64,000 nt of DNA, from positions 105,154,001-105,218,000 of the forward strand of contig NW_024704743.1 of NCBI RefSeq assembly GCF_018977255.1, in the 5' to 3' direction. Position numbers and translations under genes: made by a program. This stretch comes from Callorhinchus milii (Eukaryota). Positions 24,910 to 35,940 of the stretch are shown here, in pieces (position 1 is the stretch's first letter; each line of letters opens with the position of its first letter). The notes below the pieces were generated by a model. The model did no database searches and was not told where the DNA came from. It saw only the letters and a list, made by a program, of their open reading frames with translations.

Positions 24910-26249
24910 TCCTGTCCCAATCCTTGAGCAGCGAGTCCAGCAGCATGAGGAGGGAACTGACTGAGGAGAACAGAGTGAGAATTCTGTTAAGGAATTTGGT
25001 GAGAGTGGGAATTCAGTGCAGAGAGGGAAAGAGGTGCATAATTACAAAATATATAATAGTTATATTAAAATAATTTAAAATATGTCTGGGCTTATGGCAG
25101 GCAGCTGAGACCAGTTGAATGCACAATGTGTACCATGTGAGAATTCCAGGATGCTTTGTGTGCCCTGGACAAACACATCCAGAAGTCATGGTCCATGTTG
25201 GGATCCATGATGTAGCTAATAAAGGGCTGAGATCCTACAGGGAGAGTATCAGAGCTAGGGAAAAAACTAACTAGTAGGACCTCAAAGCTGGTAATCTCTG
25301 GTTACTCCCAGAGCCTTGTACTAGTGAGTATCAAAATAGCAGGATCAAATGGATGGCTGGAGAAATGGTGCAGAAAAGAAGGCTTCAGGTTCGTGGATCA
25401 TTGGTACCAGTGGGCAGGTGGGACCTGTACAAGGTTCATGGGTTACATCTGAACAGGGCTGGGATCAATATCCTCGCAGGGAGGTTAATTAGTCCTGTGG
25501 GGAAGGGTTTAAACTAATTTCGAGAGGGGAAGGGAATCAGGATGTAGCATTAGAGAGGAGAAAAAAATCCATAGATGGTGGGAGAGACGAAGAGCAACGT
25601 AATAAAGAGCAGTCCAGAAAAAGGAGGGATTAGACAGGGGAGAAATGCAGAGCAGACTCAGTTGTCTTGGAATGCATGTGCATAAATGCACGAAGTGTGA
25701 CAAATACGTTTGGTGAACGGCAGGCTCAAGTTACCACATGGGGTTATAACATAGTGGCAACAACTAAGAACTGGCTCAAACAAGGGCACAAATGGGAGCT
25801 GAATATTCCTGGCTACAATGCATTCAAGAGGGATAGGGAAGGAAAAGAAAGAGTGGGGGTTGCAATATTGATTAAAGACACAGTCACGGCCCTGGAAAGG
25901 GATGATGTGCTGGAGGGTCCAAAAACAGAATCTATTTGGTTAGAATTAAGCAGCAGAAAATGAGCTGTTACTCTGTGTGCAGGATAACTTTCTGGATCAG
26001 TATATTTCCAGCCCAATGAGGAAGGAAGCAGTGCTGGATCTAGTTCTGGGGAATGAAGTGGGTCGAGTGGAGTAGGTTTCAATAGGAAAGCATCTGGACA
26101 ACAGTGATCACAACATCATTAGGTTTAGAGTACTTATGAAAAGGGACAAAGAACAATCAAAGGTGAAGATACGCAACTGGAAGAGGCTTAATTTCAGTGA
26201 GTTAAAAAAGGACCTAGCCAAGGTGGACTGGAAAAAAAGACTGGCAGGT
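24910..26249 (+). mobile_element. CR1 5' region: decayed ORF1 (Cys motif plus SGNH-esterase-like blocks) and ORF2 APE endonuclease start
   Basis: Translations VECTMCTM*EF, VMVHVGIHDV, HGLHLNRAG; ORF 25667 CINARSV...VGVAILIK...ESIWLEL; SDHN. Confidence 0.85.
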
Positions 26250-27360
26250 ACAACAACAACAGCAACAACAAAATTACATTTATAGAGCGGCTTTCACATC
26301 AGGAGGATGTCCCAAAGCGCTGAACAGTCAGATCCCGAGCATGGGGGAGGGATGGTGTAGGGGTGAGGGAAGGCAGAGAGATGGGAGGGTGACCGAAGGC
26401 ACGATCGAAGAGAAGGGTCTTGAGACCGACATTGAAGGAGACAAGGGAGGAAGAAGGCGAAGGGACCGTGGGATGGAGTTCCAGAGTGTGCGGGCAGAGA
26501 GGCTGAAAGCCTGGCCCTCGATGATAGGATGTGTCGGGCGGGAGACATGGAGCAGCCTGGAGCCCGCTGAATGGTGAGAGTGGGCAGGTTGGTAGGGAGT
26601 CAGCAGCTCAGAGAGGTAGGAGGGGGCACGGTCATGGATGGACTTGAAAGTGAGGACAAGGATCTTGAATTCAATCCTCTGGGGGATGGGGAGCCAGTGG
26701 AGTCGGGTGAGGGTGGGAGTGATGGGGTCATGGAGCCTGGTGCGTGACAGTACACAAGCTGTAGAGTTTTGGATGATCTGCAGCTTGTGAAAGGAAGAGT
26801 TGGGAAGGCCGATGAGGAGGGAGTTCCCATAGTCAAGCCTTGATGTGATGAATGGGTGGGTGAGGGTTTCAGCAGCCTGAGGGGTGAGGCAGTGGCGGAG
26901 TCTGGCAATGTTGTGAAGGTGGTTGTAGGTCATGGTGCGGATGTGGGGGAGAAAGGACAGTTCAGAGTCGAACAAGGTACCGAGGTTCCTGACTGGCTTA
27001 GTGAGGTTGAGTGTGCAGCCGTGGAGGCTGATGCTGCCAGTGCTTGAGGTGCAGAGGCGCTGGTGCGAGCCAATCAGGAGGGCCTCAGCCTTGCTGACGT
27101 TGAGTTAGAGAAAGTTGTCCCTCGTCCAGAACTTGATGTTGGACAGGCAGTCGGTCAGGACACCAGTAGTCCTGGAGTTGAAGGTGGAGGTAGAGAGGTA
27201 GAGTTGGGTGTCATCCACATACATGTGGAAATTTATCCCATGTCTGGGGATGGTGTCACCAAATGGGAACATGTAGAGGGTGAAAAGGAGGGGACCGAGG
27301 AAAGAGCCCTGAGGAACACAGCACGAAACGGTGCAGGGGCTGGAAGAGAAGCCATTTGCC
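26250..27360 (-). mobile_element. L2 subfamily A, 5'-truncated, with 3' tail
   Basis: VPQGSFLGPLLF, YVDDTQLY, RLDYGNSLL, LHWLPI; (TTG)n tail. Confidence 0.95.
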
Positions 27361-29062
27361 ATCTTTTTCTAAATAAATGACCTGGACTCGGGTATAGGGA
27401 ATACAATTTCCAAGTTTGCAGATGATACTAAGCTAGGAAAAGTAGTAAACAGTGAGGAGGATAGTAGCCATGACCTGCTCTGCCTTCCTCCAACACCGCA
27501 ACATCGCTCGGCTCCACCACTGTCTCATGCTGCAGGCCGCCAAAACCCTCATACGTGCATTTGGAACATCCAGGCTTGACTATGCAAACTCCTTGCTTGT
27601 CAGCCTCCCCAACTCTTTTCTCCATTGGCTGCAGATCATCCAATACTCTGCAGCCCATGTAATCTCCCGCACCAGGCTCCGTGATCCTATCACCTCCATC
27701 CTTGCCCGACTCCACTGGCTTCCCATCACACAAAGGATACAGTTCAAGATCCTGATCTTCACCTTCAAAACCCTCCATGGCCTTGCTCCCCCCTACCTCT
27801 GCGATCTCCTAACCTACCATCCTGCCCGCTCCCTCCACCTGCTTCATGTCCCCTGTTCCGCCTGTCCCACCATTGGCGGGCAGGCCTTCTGCCACTCTGC
27901 CCCCACCCTCTGGTATTCCATCCCACAGTCCCGCCGCCTTGCCCCCTCCCTTGCCTCCTTCAAGACCCATTTCAAGATCCTCCTCTTTGACTTTGCTTTC
28001 GATCACCCTTTTGTGCCTCTACCTTCCACCCTCATCAATCCCGACCCCCAGCTCGAGTCCGAAACACTGACTGTCCAGTGCCTTGGAACATCCTCCCGAT
28101 GTGTAAGGTGTTATACAAATATAATTTTGTTGTTGTTCTAGTTGTTGCAAGATGACAGACAGACTGGCAAAATTGGCAGACATATGGCAGATGAAGCTTA
28201 ATGTGGAGAAATGCAAAGTGATGAATTTTGGGAGGAAGAATGAGGAGAGGCAATATAAGCTGATGGTACAATCTTAAAGGAGGTGAAGGAACAGAGTGAC
28301 CTGGGGGTTCATATAAGTAAATCTTTCAAGATGGCAGTACAGGTAAATAAAGCTGTTAAAAAAGCATATGGGATACTAGACTTTATAAATAGGTACATAG
28401 AACACAAAAGGCAGGAAGGTATGATGAACCTTTATAAAACACTGGTTAGGCCTCAGCTAGAATACTGTGTTCAGTTCTCAGCACCACACTTTAGGAAGGA
28501 TGTCAAGGCATTGGAGAGAGTGCAAAGAAGATTTACCAGAATGGTACCAGGAATGAGGGATGCTGCATGACCTGCTGAGTGTTTCCAGTGACTTCTGTTT
28601 TTGTTTTCAGGAATGAGGGAGTTCAGTTATCAGGAGAGGTTAGAGAAGCTAGGATTATTCTCGTTGGACCAGAGAAGGTTAAGAGGAGACTTAATAGAAG
28701 TTTTCAAGGTTATGAGAGGATTTGATAAGGTGAACAAGAGAAACTATTTCCACTGGCGGTGGGTTGGTAACCCGAGGACACTGATTTAAAATAGTTGTTA
28801 AAAGAAACAGAGGGGAGATGAGGAGAAATTTTCTTCACACAGTGAGTTGTTTGGTTCTGTAATGTATTGTCTGAAAGGATGATGGAAATCGATTCAATAA
28901 CAACTTTTAAGAGAGAAGCAGTTAATTACTTGGGGAGGACAAGTTTGCAGGGCTATGGGGAGAGCGCGGAAGTGGGATGGATTTGGATATTTCTTTTCAA
29001 AGAGCCGGCACAGACACAATGTGCCGAATTACCTCCTTCTGTGCTGTATGATTCTATCCTGT
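27361..29062 (+). mobile_element. CR1 3' half (FADDTK to tail), interrupted by an L2 and a 47-bp insert
   Basis: aagtttgcagatgatactaag; LVRPQLEYC; sequence resumes at 28138 collinear with the copy at 63047. Confidence 0.93.
27469..28137 (+). mobile_element. L2 subfamily A 3' fragment inserted in CR1
   Basis: ORF 27452-28141: SRLDYANSLL, LHWLPITQRIQFKIL; (TTG)n tail. Confidence 0.93.
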
Positions 29063-29729
29063 AGCAGAAGGATTCTACATTATTTCATTTTGGGGAGTTA
29101 CACCCTCTGCAGTTAATTTGATCAGATCCCAAGCACTAATCATCCCATTATTATCAACAGCTGCAAAACGTTATCAGGAAGATGGGTTGAACCTCGAGTA
29201 CTGGATTCTAAATCACTTAAGAAACACCTTCATGATTTAATGGTAGTACAATAGGGTGGGTATTCTGGAAGGATGAGATCAAATGGGCCTTCTTCACCTA
29301 ATCCTCTCTTATGATCTCTTATGGACTTTCTTTTTTTCTCTTGCTTATTACACGGAATTATAACTGAGGTGATACATCAGGAAAGTTGGTTATGCAGGAT
29401 GGAAAGAACGCATATTCGTTTAGCCACACTTATAAATTGCACCAAATAAAGATCTTCCCATGTAGAGGAGTACAAAATTGTTACTAGATGTATGAATTGT
29501 ATCCTTTTCTACTGCTCCCGAGTGGACTTTGAACCAAGTTTATATGCCTTTTTGTTTTTCCTCAAATAAAATGTATTTTTCTCACAATTGTTTTCAATGC
29601 TCCATCTAAAGTGTATCGGATCAGTTGTGTACCAAGAAGGAGGAAATTGATCAGCAAGTTTTGTATTCAATACAACATTGAATCTTTTGTGTTTCCAAAC
29701 GCTAGTTTCTCCCAGTGTCCCGGTCAACA

Positions 29730-29895
29730 ATTCCCCCAGATGTAATCGGCCATTCATTACATCGCTGTTTGTGGGACATTGTTGTGTGCAAATTGGCTAC
29801 CACATTTGCGTGTAAAGTACACATTCACTACACTTTACTTTTGAGACATCTTGGTGAGGTAATAAGACTCTAAATCAAATGCAACGATTATTATT
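29730..29895 (+). mobile_element. Old Deu-domain SINE, 3' part
   Basis: gctgtttgtgggacattgttgtgtgcaaattggctacc. Confidence 0.7.
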
Positions 29896-30264
29896 GTAAC
29901 ATATTAGATGCATGAAATAAACTATTTTTCTAGTTACTTACATAGATGGTGTGTGAAAATCTTCTTTGTGGGAGTTGAGCAAAACTCAGATGAAGGGTCA
30001 GTCCTCTTTTAGGTCTCTTACTCAATCAGAGGTGAGCATGCCCCAATGAGCAGCTGGAAGTGTGTGTGGGGTGGATGGGGGCACCACTGATGGATGAAAG
30101 AGGGGCAAGAGGGTCTAGGCTACAACAGGGCTTTCCCCTTCCATCTCCCATTATCGAGGGAGCTGTAGATAGATTTGGGGGTGCTGAGCCCCTCTAGCCC
30201 TTCCCATCCGCCACCCATAGTCAACTATTTGAATTAGATAAGGCGAATCTTTCCACTATCTTAC

Positions 30265-30302
30265 CCAGGTACTGTCTGATATACTCTTGGTGTGAGTGCA
30301 AT
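30265..30302 (-). other. Candidate 38-nt exon
   Basis: Acceptor atctttcatctttctag, donor TGG|GTAAGA, all three frames open; no homology recognised. Confidence 0.25.
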
Positions 30303-30594
30303 CTAGAAAGATGAAAGATCATCCCGAGGACAGAAAGTATTTTACAGGCATTGCTCCAACTCTGACAGAGGATGTGTTAACAAAATCTATCACAGCTTAA
30401 AATGTGTGTTTGGCTTGTAGCTAACTAGAAAAATCTCACAGTGTATGCTCACTATAGCTGTTCAAAGATGGCCAATGATGTGCATAGTCCAAGCACACCT
30501 TGGCTTTATTCTTTCAAGGTGGTCTTTCTTCAGGGATAAACTACCACTATTTTTCTATTAAATGTGGGAATCTTGGCTCTTCGCTTTTTGCTCT

Positions 30595-31115
30595 TGGGCG
30601 TCAGACTCCGCAACTGTCAAGCATTCCAGGACGGTACCCTGCGTCCTATATAAATGCAAGTTGTTGTTATTGCTGCTGTTGAGTTGCGAAATAGCCCTGA
30701 GCCCTCAGGCTGCCAAAATCCTCATTCACCATTTATTATGTCTAGGCTCAACTACACCAACTCCCTACTTGTCAGCCTTCCCAACTCTTCCCTCCATAAG
30801 ATGCAGGTCATCCAGAATTCTGCAGATGGTGTCCTCTCCCACACCAGGCTCCGTGACTCTTATCACCCCCAGCCTTTCCGACTCCACTGATTCCCCATTC
30901 CTCAGAGGTAGAGTTCAAAATCCTTGTCCTTGTCTTCAAGGTCCTCCACGGCCTTGCTCCTTCCTAGCTCTGTGACCTGCTGATCCCATATCAACCTATC
31001 CGCTCCCTCCACTCCATTGGGGGTCAGGCCTTCAGCCTCTCTGCCCCCATCCATCCCACGTTCGTTTTGCTTTGCTCCATACCTTGCAGCCTTCAAGGCA
31101 CATTTCTTTAACCCT
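30595..31115 (+). mobile_element. L2 fragments (subfamily C tail, then subfamily A ORF2 piece)
   Basis: ggacggtaccctgcgt...tataaatgcaagttgttg; SRLNYTNSLL. Confidence 0.8.
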
Positions 31116-31129
31116 CCTGTTTAACTTCA

Positions 31130-31290
31130 TGTGGAAATTAAAGATCCTATAGCTGTATTCAAAAGGAGAAGGCAGTTCTGGAGGTTGATCCCCCAGATAA
31201 AATTCATCATTCACTTCATGGCTGTTTGCTGTACATTGTTGCATGTAAATTGGCTCCTGTGTTTGTCTACAAGTACACAGTTACAGTATA
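31130..31290 (+). mobile_element. Old Deu-domain SINE fragment
   Basis: aaagatcctatagctgtattcaaaagg...cacttcatggctgtttg. Confidence 0.65.
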
Positions 31291-31764
31291 TCCCTTTTCA
31301 GCCTTCTGAACTCCAAGGAAATACACCCGAGTGTATCTCTTCTTTCCCTATAATTGTATTTCCTAATGTTCCAGGCAACACTCTGGTGAATCCCCTTTGC
31401 ACTGCCTTCAGCACTTTTCCATCTTTCCTATGCTCAATAGGAGAAAGATTGATTAACATTTCAGGTTGGACCAGTAACGTATGATGCTGAAAGAGTTAAA
31501 TCTGAAATATTAGCCTAACTTTCTCTTTCAACCTCCAATTGAAGAGGAATATTGGAAGAAGAACATTGGAAGAGAAAGAATGCAGGCAAAGAGATGGGAA
31601 TTGTGATTAGAGTTGTCATCTTCAATGGAAGAGTTAGCACCAGTTTACATTTGATGGGCTAAATGGCTGAAAACTGTTCAGTATGTTTTAACTTCATGGT
31701 ACCATGAGTTACTTGCTGTGAATTTCCAACTTTTTGTTATAGAAGTTAAATACTGGCCATGTTA

Positions 31765-31860
31765 TACATTAGAATACATTAGAATATACAGCACAGAAAT
31801 AGGCCATTCGGCCCAACTGGTCTATGCCAGTGTTTATGCTCCACATGAGCCTCTCCTGGC
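31765..31860 (-). mobile_element. CR1 3' tail
   Basis: Tandem tacattagaa followed by cagcacagaaataggccattcggcccaac. Confidence 0.75.
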
Positions 31861-32304
31861 CTTCCTCAACTAAGCCTTCAAGCATAACCTTCAAACAGTA
31901 GATGCTCATTGTTAATATATAACATGATTTGAGAACACTAATAACAAAAACTTCCATCATCATAACTCTGTTTCTTGGCAAAATATCTGTGTTGTTGATT
32001 TCACTCCTTATCATGTGGAATTGTATAAATCTATGATTTTCATACCAAATTTTTGTTTCTACTGGAGCACAATTTGTTCCCTAACTCTCTGGAGCTTACT
32101 CTGGAAGACATGCATCTATTGTACTTTTGCACCAAAGATATCTGTAGTAATGCCAAATAACATTTTGTTTTATCAGCTTCATTTCTCATGATTGTCTTCA
32201 GCCAAACACAACAGCAGTGAATTTAGAATTGAATTTCAGCATTTTAGTATTCAAATTATTAATGGTGCAGGGGGAGGCTAAAACTTGATATATTGGCATG
32301 TCAG

Positions 32305-32465
32305 TTTGCCTTAGTTGATAGCATTCATGCCTCTCAGTTAGAAGGTTGTTGGTTCAAATACCATGTTGGGACTTTGAACTCGTAGTCTAAGTTTATATTC
32401 CAGTGCAGTGCTTGGGGTAGGCTACATTGTTGGAGGTACTGTTCTTTGGATGAGATGTTAAACCA
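32305..32465 (+). mobile_element. Older Deu-domain SINE, 5' part
   Basis: Degenerate tRNA head, ccagtgcagtgc, ttggatgagatgttaaacc. Confidence 0.7.
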
Positions 32466-32789
32466 CTGCTTGATACCGTAATAGGAAAAACATACTGTGA
32501 CTCACACCATTCCTGTACCTGAAATTTGGCCCAATTATTCATGGGAACTCTGTCCCGACACAATCTACATCAGAGCAGAGTTCCCACACTGCAGGAGGAA
32601 ACACTTTATATTAGTGCCTGGCGTCGCTACTTGCAAATCTATCAGTGAATATCACATTTTATAGCCAAATTGTCATGTGTTACCATATGCATTGATGCTC
32701 CTTCTCTATATCTACCATTACCATTACTTTGATTTGATTGCCATACTTGTAGGTGGCTGTCACATGTGCAAATGGACAGACTTGATACG

Positions 32790-33070
32790 AACATACATAC
32801 CATAATAGAGGTCAGGTGAAGAAAGTGCTTCAACCTATTTGACTTCTTCCTAGCAGAATACTGAGCCTAAATTCTTCCCATTACACAATTAATCTGTTTA
32901 ATAAATGAGTCTAGTGTCTCACGTTCAATAATCCTTCCTGGTAACTCAGTCCGGTTGTTCATTCTCCTTTGAGTGAAGAAATATTTGCTGGTGTCTGTCT
33001 TAAACTTGCTTTTCACAAAACTTGAACCTGTTATCTCTGGTCCTGCTACCTTGGCATATTTCAAAATATT
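32790..33070 (-). mobile_element. Old CR1 3' remnant
   Basis: KYFFTQR...ELP motif in ORF 32867-33064. Confidence 0.65.
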
Positions 33071-33944
33071 GCTCTGCTTTACTTTATCTTTGTCTGGTCC
33101 AGTTTTCTCTTAAACTCTCAAGTGTAACTGCACTCCTGCGAGTGTCTGTGCATAAAGCCGCAACACTGCTGTTGATAGGGAGGTGGCGCTATGCCTTGTG
33201 CTTCATACATTGTAAGGTAAGTAATTTTATCTGCATAAATGTATTAACCTGTCAGCAACTCATCTGACAGAACAAAATGCCTCCCATCTGCTCTGAACAA
33301 CAGACCTTAGCCAAAGAATTTAACGCTGGAAAATGTAGAAGCCTTCATATAGTTCTAACTTCCACACTCGTTTCTGCTTTAACAGTGGACCTTTATGCTG
33401 CAGTTGTCTTCAAGGAAGCGTGTAACTCCTTTAAGATAAAACAATACTTTAAAATTCATGAAATAAATTAACGGACACGTAGTACATCAGGTTAATTTCA
33501 TGATTAAATGAAATGTATAGTACACCATGAAATGTACAATTAAATTGAACAATTAAACCTTTTTTTTACACAATAACATGCCTTAAACTTGAAGGGCACC
33601 CACATCCACGACTCTCAGATACCTGAAGCAAATTTCACTGAGCGAGAGAGGGAGAGAGAGAGTGAGAGAAGTTTCATTATTGTACTCTGGGTTTGATTCA
33701 AGTTGACAATCCAGAGTTGAAAAGGATAATACAGCGTGTTACTCCATCACATGAATGAGATCCCCTAAGTTAGTATTTTTAATTATTTTATTATCAGTTA
33801 GCATGTGGTGTTCTCTTTTCACTTGTTTCACTGGTGGAAATGAAAGTGCATAAACAGAAGCTTTACGTTGAATCAGTATGTATTTGTCTTTGCTGGCATT
33901 ATACAGCATATTTTCTTTGGACTTTTGAAAACATACCATTGTGT

Positions 33945-34340
33945 GTCGTTTTGGCTCAGTTGGTAGAACTCTCGCCTCTGGGTCAAAAGGTTGTGGGTTT
34001 GAATCCTACTCTGGGATTTGAACTCATGATTTAGACTGACATTCCAGTGCAGTACTAAGTAAGGGTTGCTGCATTGTTGAAATTGCTGTTTAGGCAGACC
34101 TTAAAGATCCTTTACCACAAGTTAAAAAACATTGACTTCTTCTGCTGCCTTGGACAATTGTCTTTCTCTCATTCTAATTAATCAACAATATTTCAATTAA
34201 TTAATTAATAACTATGGAAAGTTACTTGTACAGATTAGTTGCTGTGTTTCTCTTAATAAGAGCAGTCACTACATTTCCAAGTAATTCACCATTTGAAACG
34301 CTCCAAAATGCTTAAAAGAGCTATATCAAATGCAAATGTT
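33945..34340 (+). mobile_element. Older Deu-domain SINE, degenerate
   Basis: ttggctcagttggtagaactctcgcctctgggtc...gggtttgaatcc; ctgacattccagtgcagtact. Confidence 0.75.
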
Positions 34341-34374
34341 ATATATATTAAAAATAATCCTTGTATTTAATATA

Positions 34375-34600
34375 ACAACAACTTGCATTTATACAGTGCC
34401 CCTCACGCAGGGTAATGTCCAGGAACACTTGACAGTGGCGGAGTCTCACACCGAGCCAGGGGGAGAGGGAGGTGGGTGGTGACTGCAAGCACGATCCAAA
34501 GGTAAGGTGTTCAGGTGGGATTTGAAAATGGAGAGGGAGGGGGTAAGGCAGAGGGATTGAGGGAGAGAGTTCCAGTATTTCGGGGAGTAATGGCTCATAA
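34375..34600 (-). mobile_element. L2 subfamily C 3' end
   Basis: acaacaacttgcatttata...ctcacgcagggta tail, shared with 51612 and 61645. Confidence 0.75.
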
Positions 34601-34852
34601 TGCCTTATTACATCATCTCAAAGCACTTTACAGGATTTTATTGTTAGGTGTAGTGAATGTATATTTGTAGGCAAATGTTGTTAAATGTTTAACTAAGTCA
34701 TAAATTATCAAGAACATTTTGTTCAAATTGATGTGTAGTAACTGTGCAAGATCAATTTCAAAGTTTTCAGGTTCCAAATACTATTCACACAATCGAACAA
34801 AACTTTAAGCCTCTAGGTTGCAGAATAAATTGGTACTGGTATTGTTAGGTAT

Positions 34853-35835
34853 CACATGTATGCGGAGGACACCCAACTCTATCTCTTTGCCTCCACCCTG
34901 AACTCCAGGACTACTGGCATCCTGACCGATTGCCTGTCCAACATCAAGTCATGGACGAGGGACAACTTTCTCCAACTCAATATCAGCAAGACCGAGGCCC
35001 TCCTGATTGGCGCGCGCCAGCGCCTCCGCACCTCGGCTGCTGGCAGCATCAGCCTCCACAGCTGCACACACAATGTCTCTAAGCCAGTCATGAACCAGGG
35101 TGTCTTGTTTGACCCTGAACTGTCCTTTCGCCCTCACATCCGCGCCATGACCGGCACTGCCTACCACCACCTCCGCAACATTGCCAGACTCCGCCACTGC
35201 CTCACCCCTTAGGCTGCCAAAACCCTCACTCACGCATTCGTCACATCAAGACTCGATTATGGGAACTCTCTCCTCATCGGCCTTCCCAACTCTTTCCTTC
35301 ACAGGCTGCAGATCATCCAAAACTCTGCAGCTCATGTACCCTCGCACACCAGGCTCCGTGACCCCATCACTCCCACCCTCGCCCAACTCCACTGACTCCC
35401 CATCCCCCAGAAGATCGAGTTCAAGATCCTCGTCCTCACCTTTAAGGCCATCCATGGCCTTACCCCTCCTACCTCTCTGACCTGCTGACTCCCTACCAAC
35501 CTGCCTGCTCCCTCCGTTCATCGGCCTCCGGCCTGTTCCATGTCTCCCACCAGACCCGCCCTACCATCGATGTCCGGGCTTTCAGCCTCTCTGCCCCCAC
35601 ACTCTGGAACTCCATCCCACGGTCCCTTTGCCTCGCCTCCTCCCTTGCCTTTTTCAAGGTCGGTCTCAAGACCCTTCTCTTTGATCGTGCCTTTGGTCTC
35701 CCTCCCACCTCTCTACCCTCACCCCTACACCACCACTCCCCCATACTTGGGCCACAACACCTGATCGTGCAGCGCTTTGGTATGTCCTCCCGACGTGAAA
35801 GGCGTTCTATAAATGTAATTTTGTTGTTGTTGTTT
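34853..35835 (+). mobile_element. L2 subfamily A, 5'-truncated, with tail
   Basis: YAEDTQLY, CLSNIKSW, (TTG)n. Confidence 0.95.
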
Positions 35836-35940
35836 TTCTCTCACTGCCTCAACAAGAATGACATAAGCTTGGAGTCACCACATCATTCTGCATCAATGGA
35901 ACGGCGATGACCTCACCCTCCTGCTAGAGAAGTAGGACCT

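Noticed and set aside
33103..33216. 114-nt plus-strand exon candidate containing a CTCF-like AGGTGGCGC
   Set aside because: Acceptor lies at the edge of an antisense CR1 remnant, peptide unrecognised, CTCF 5' half does not match
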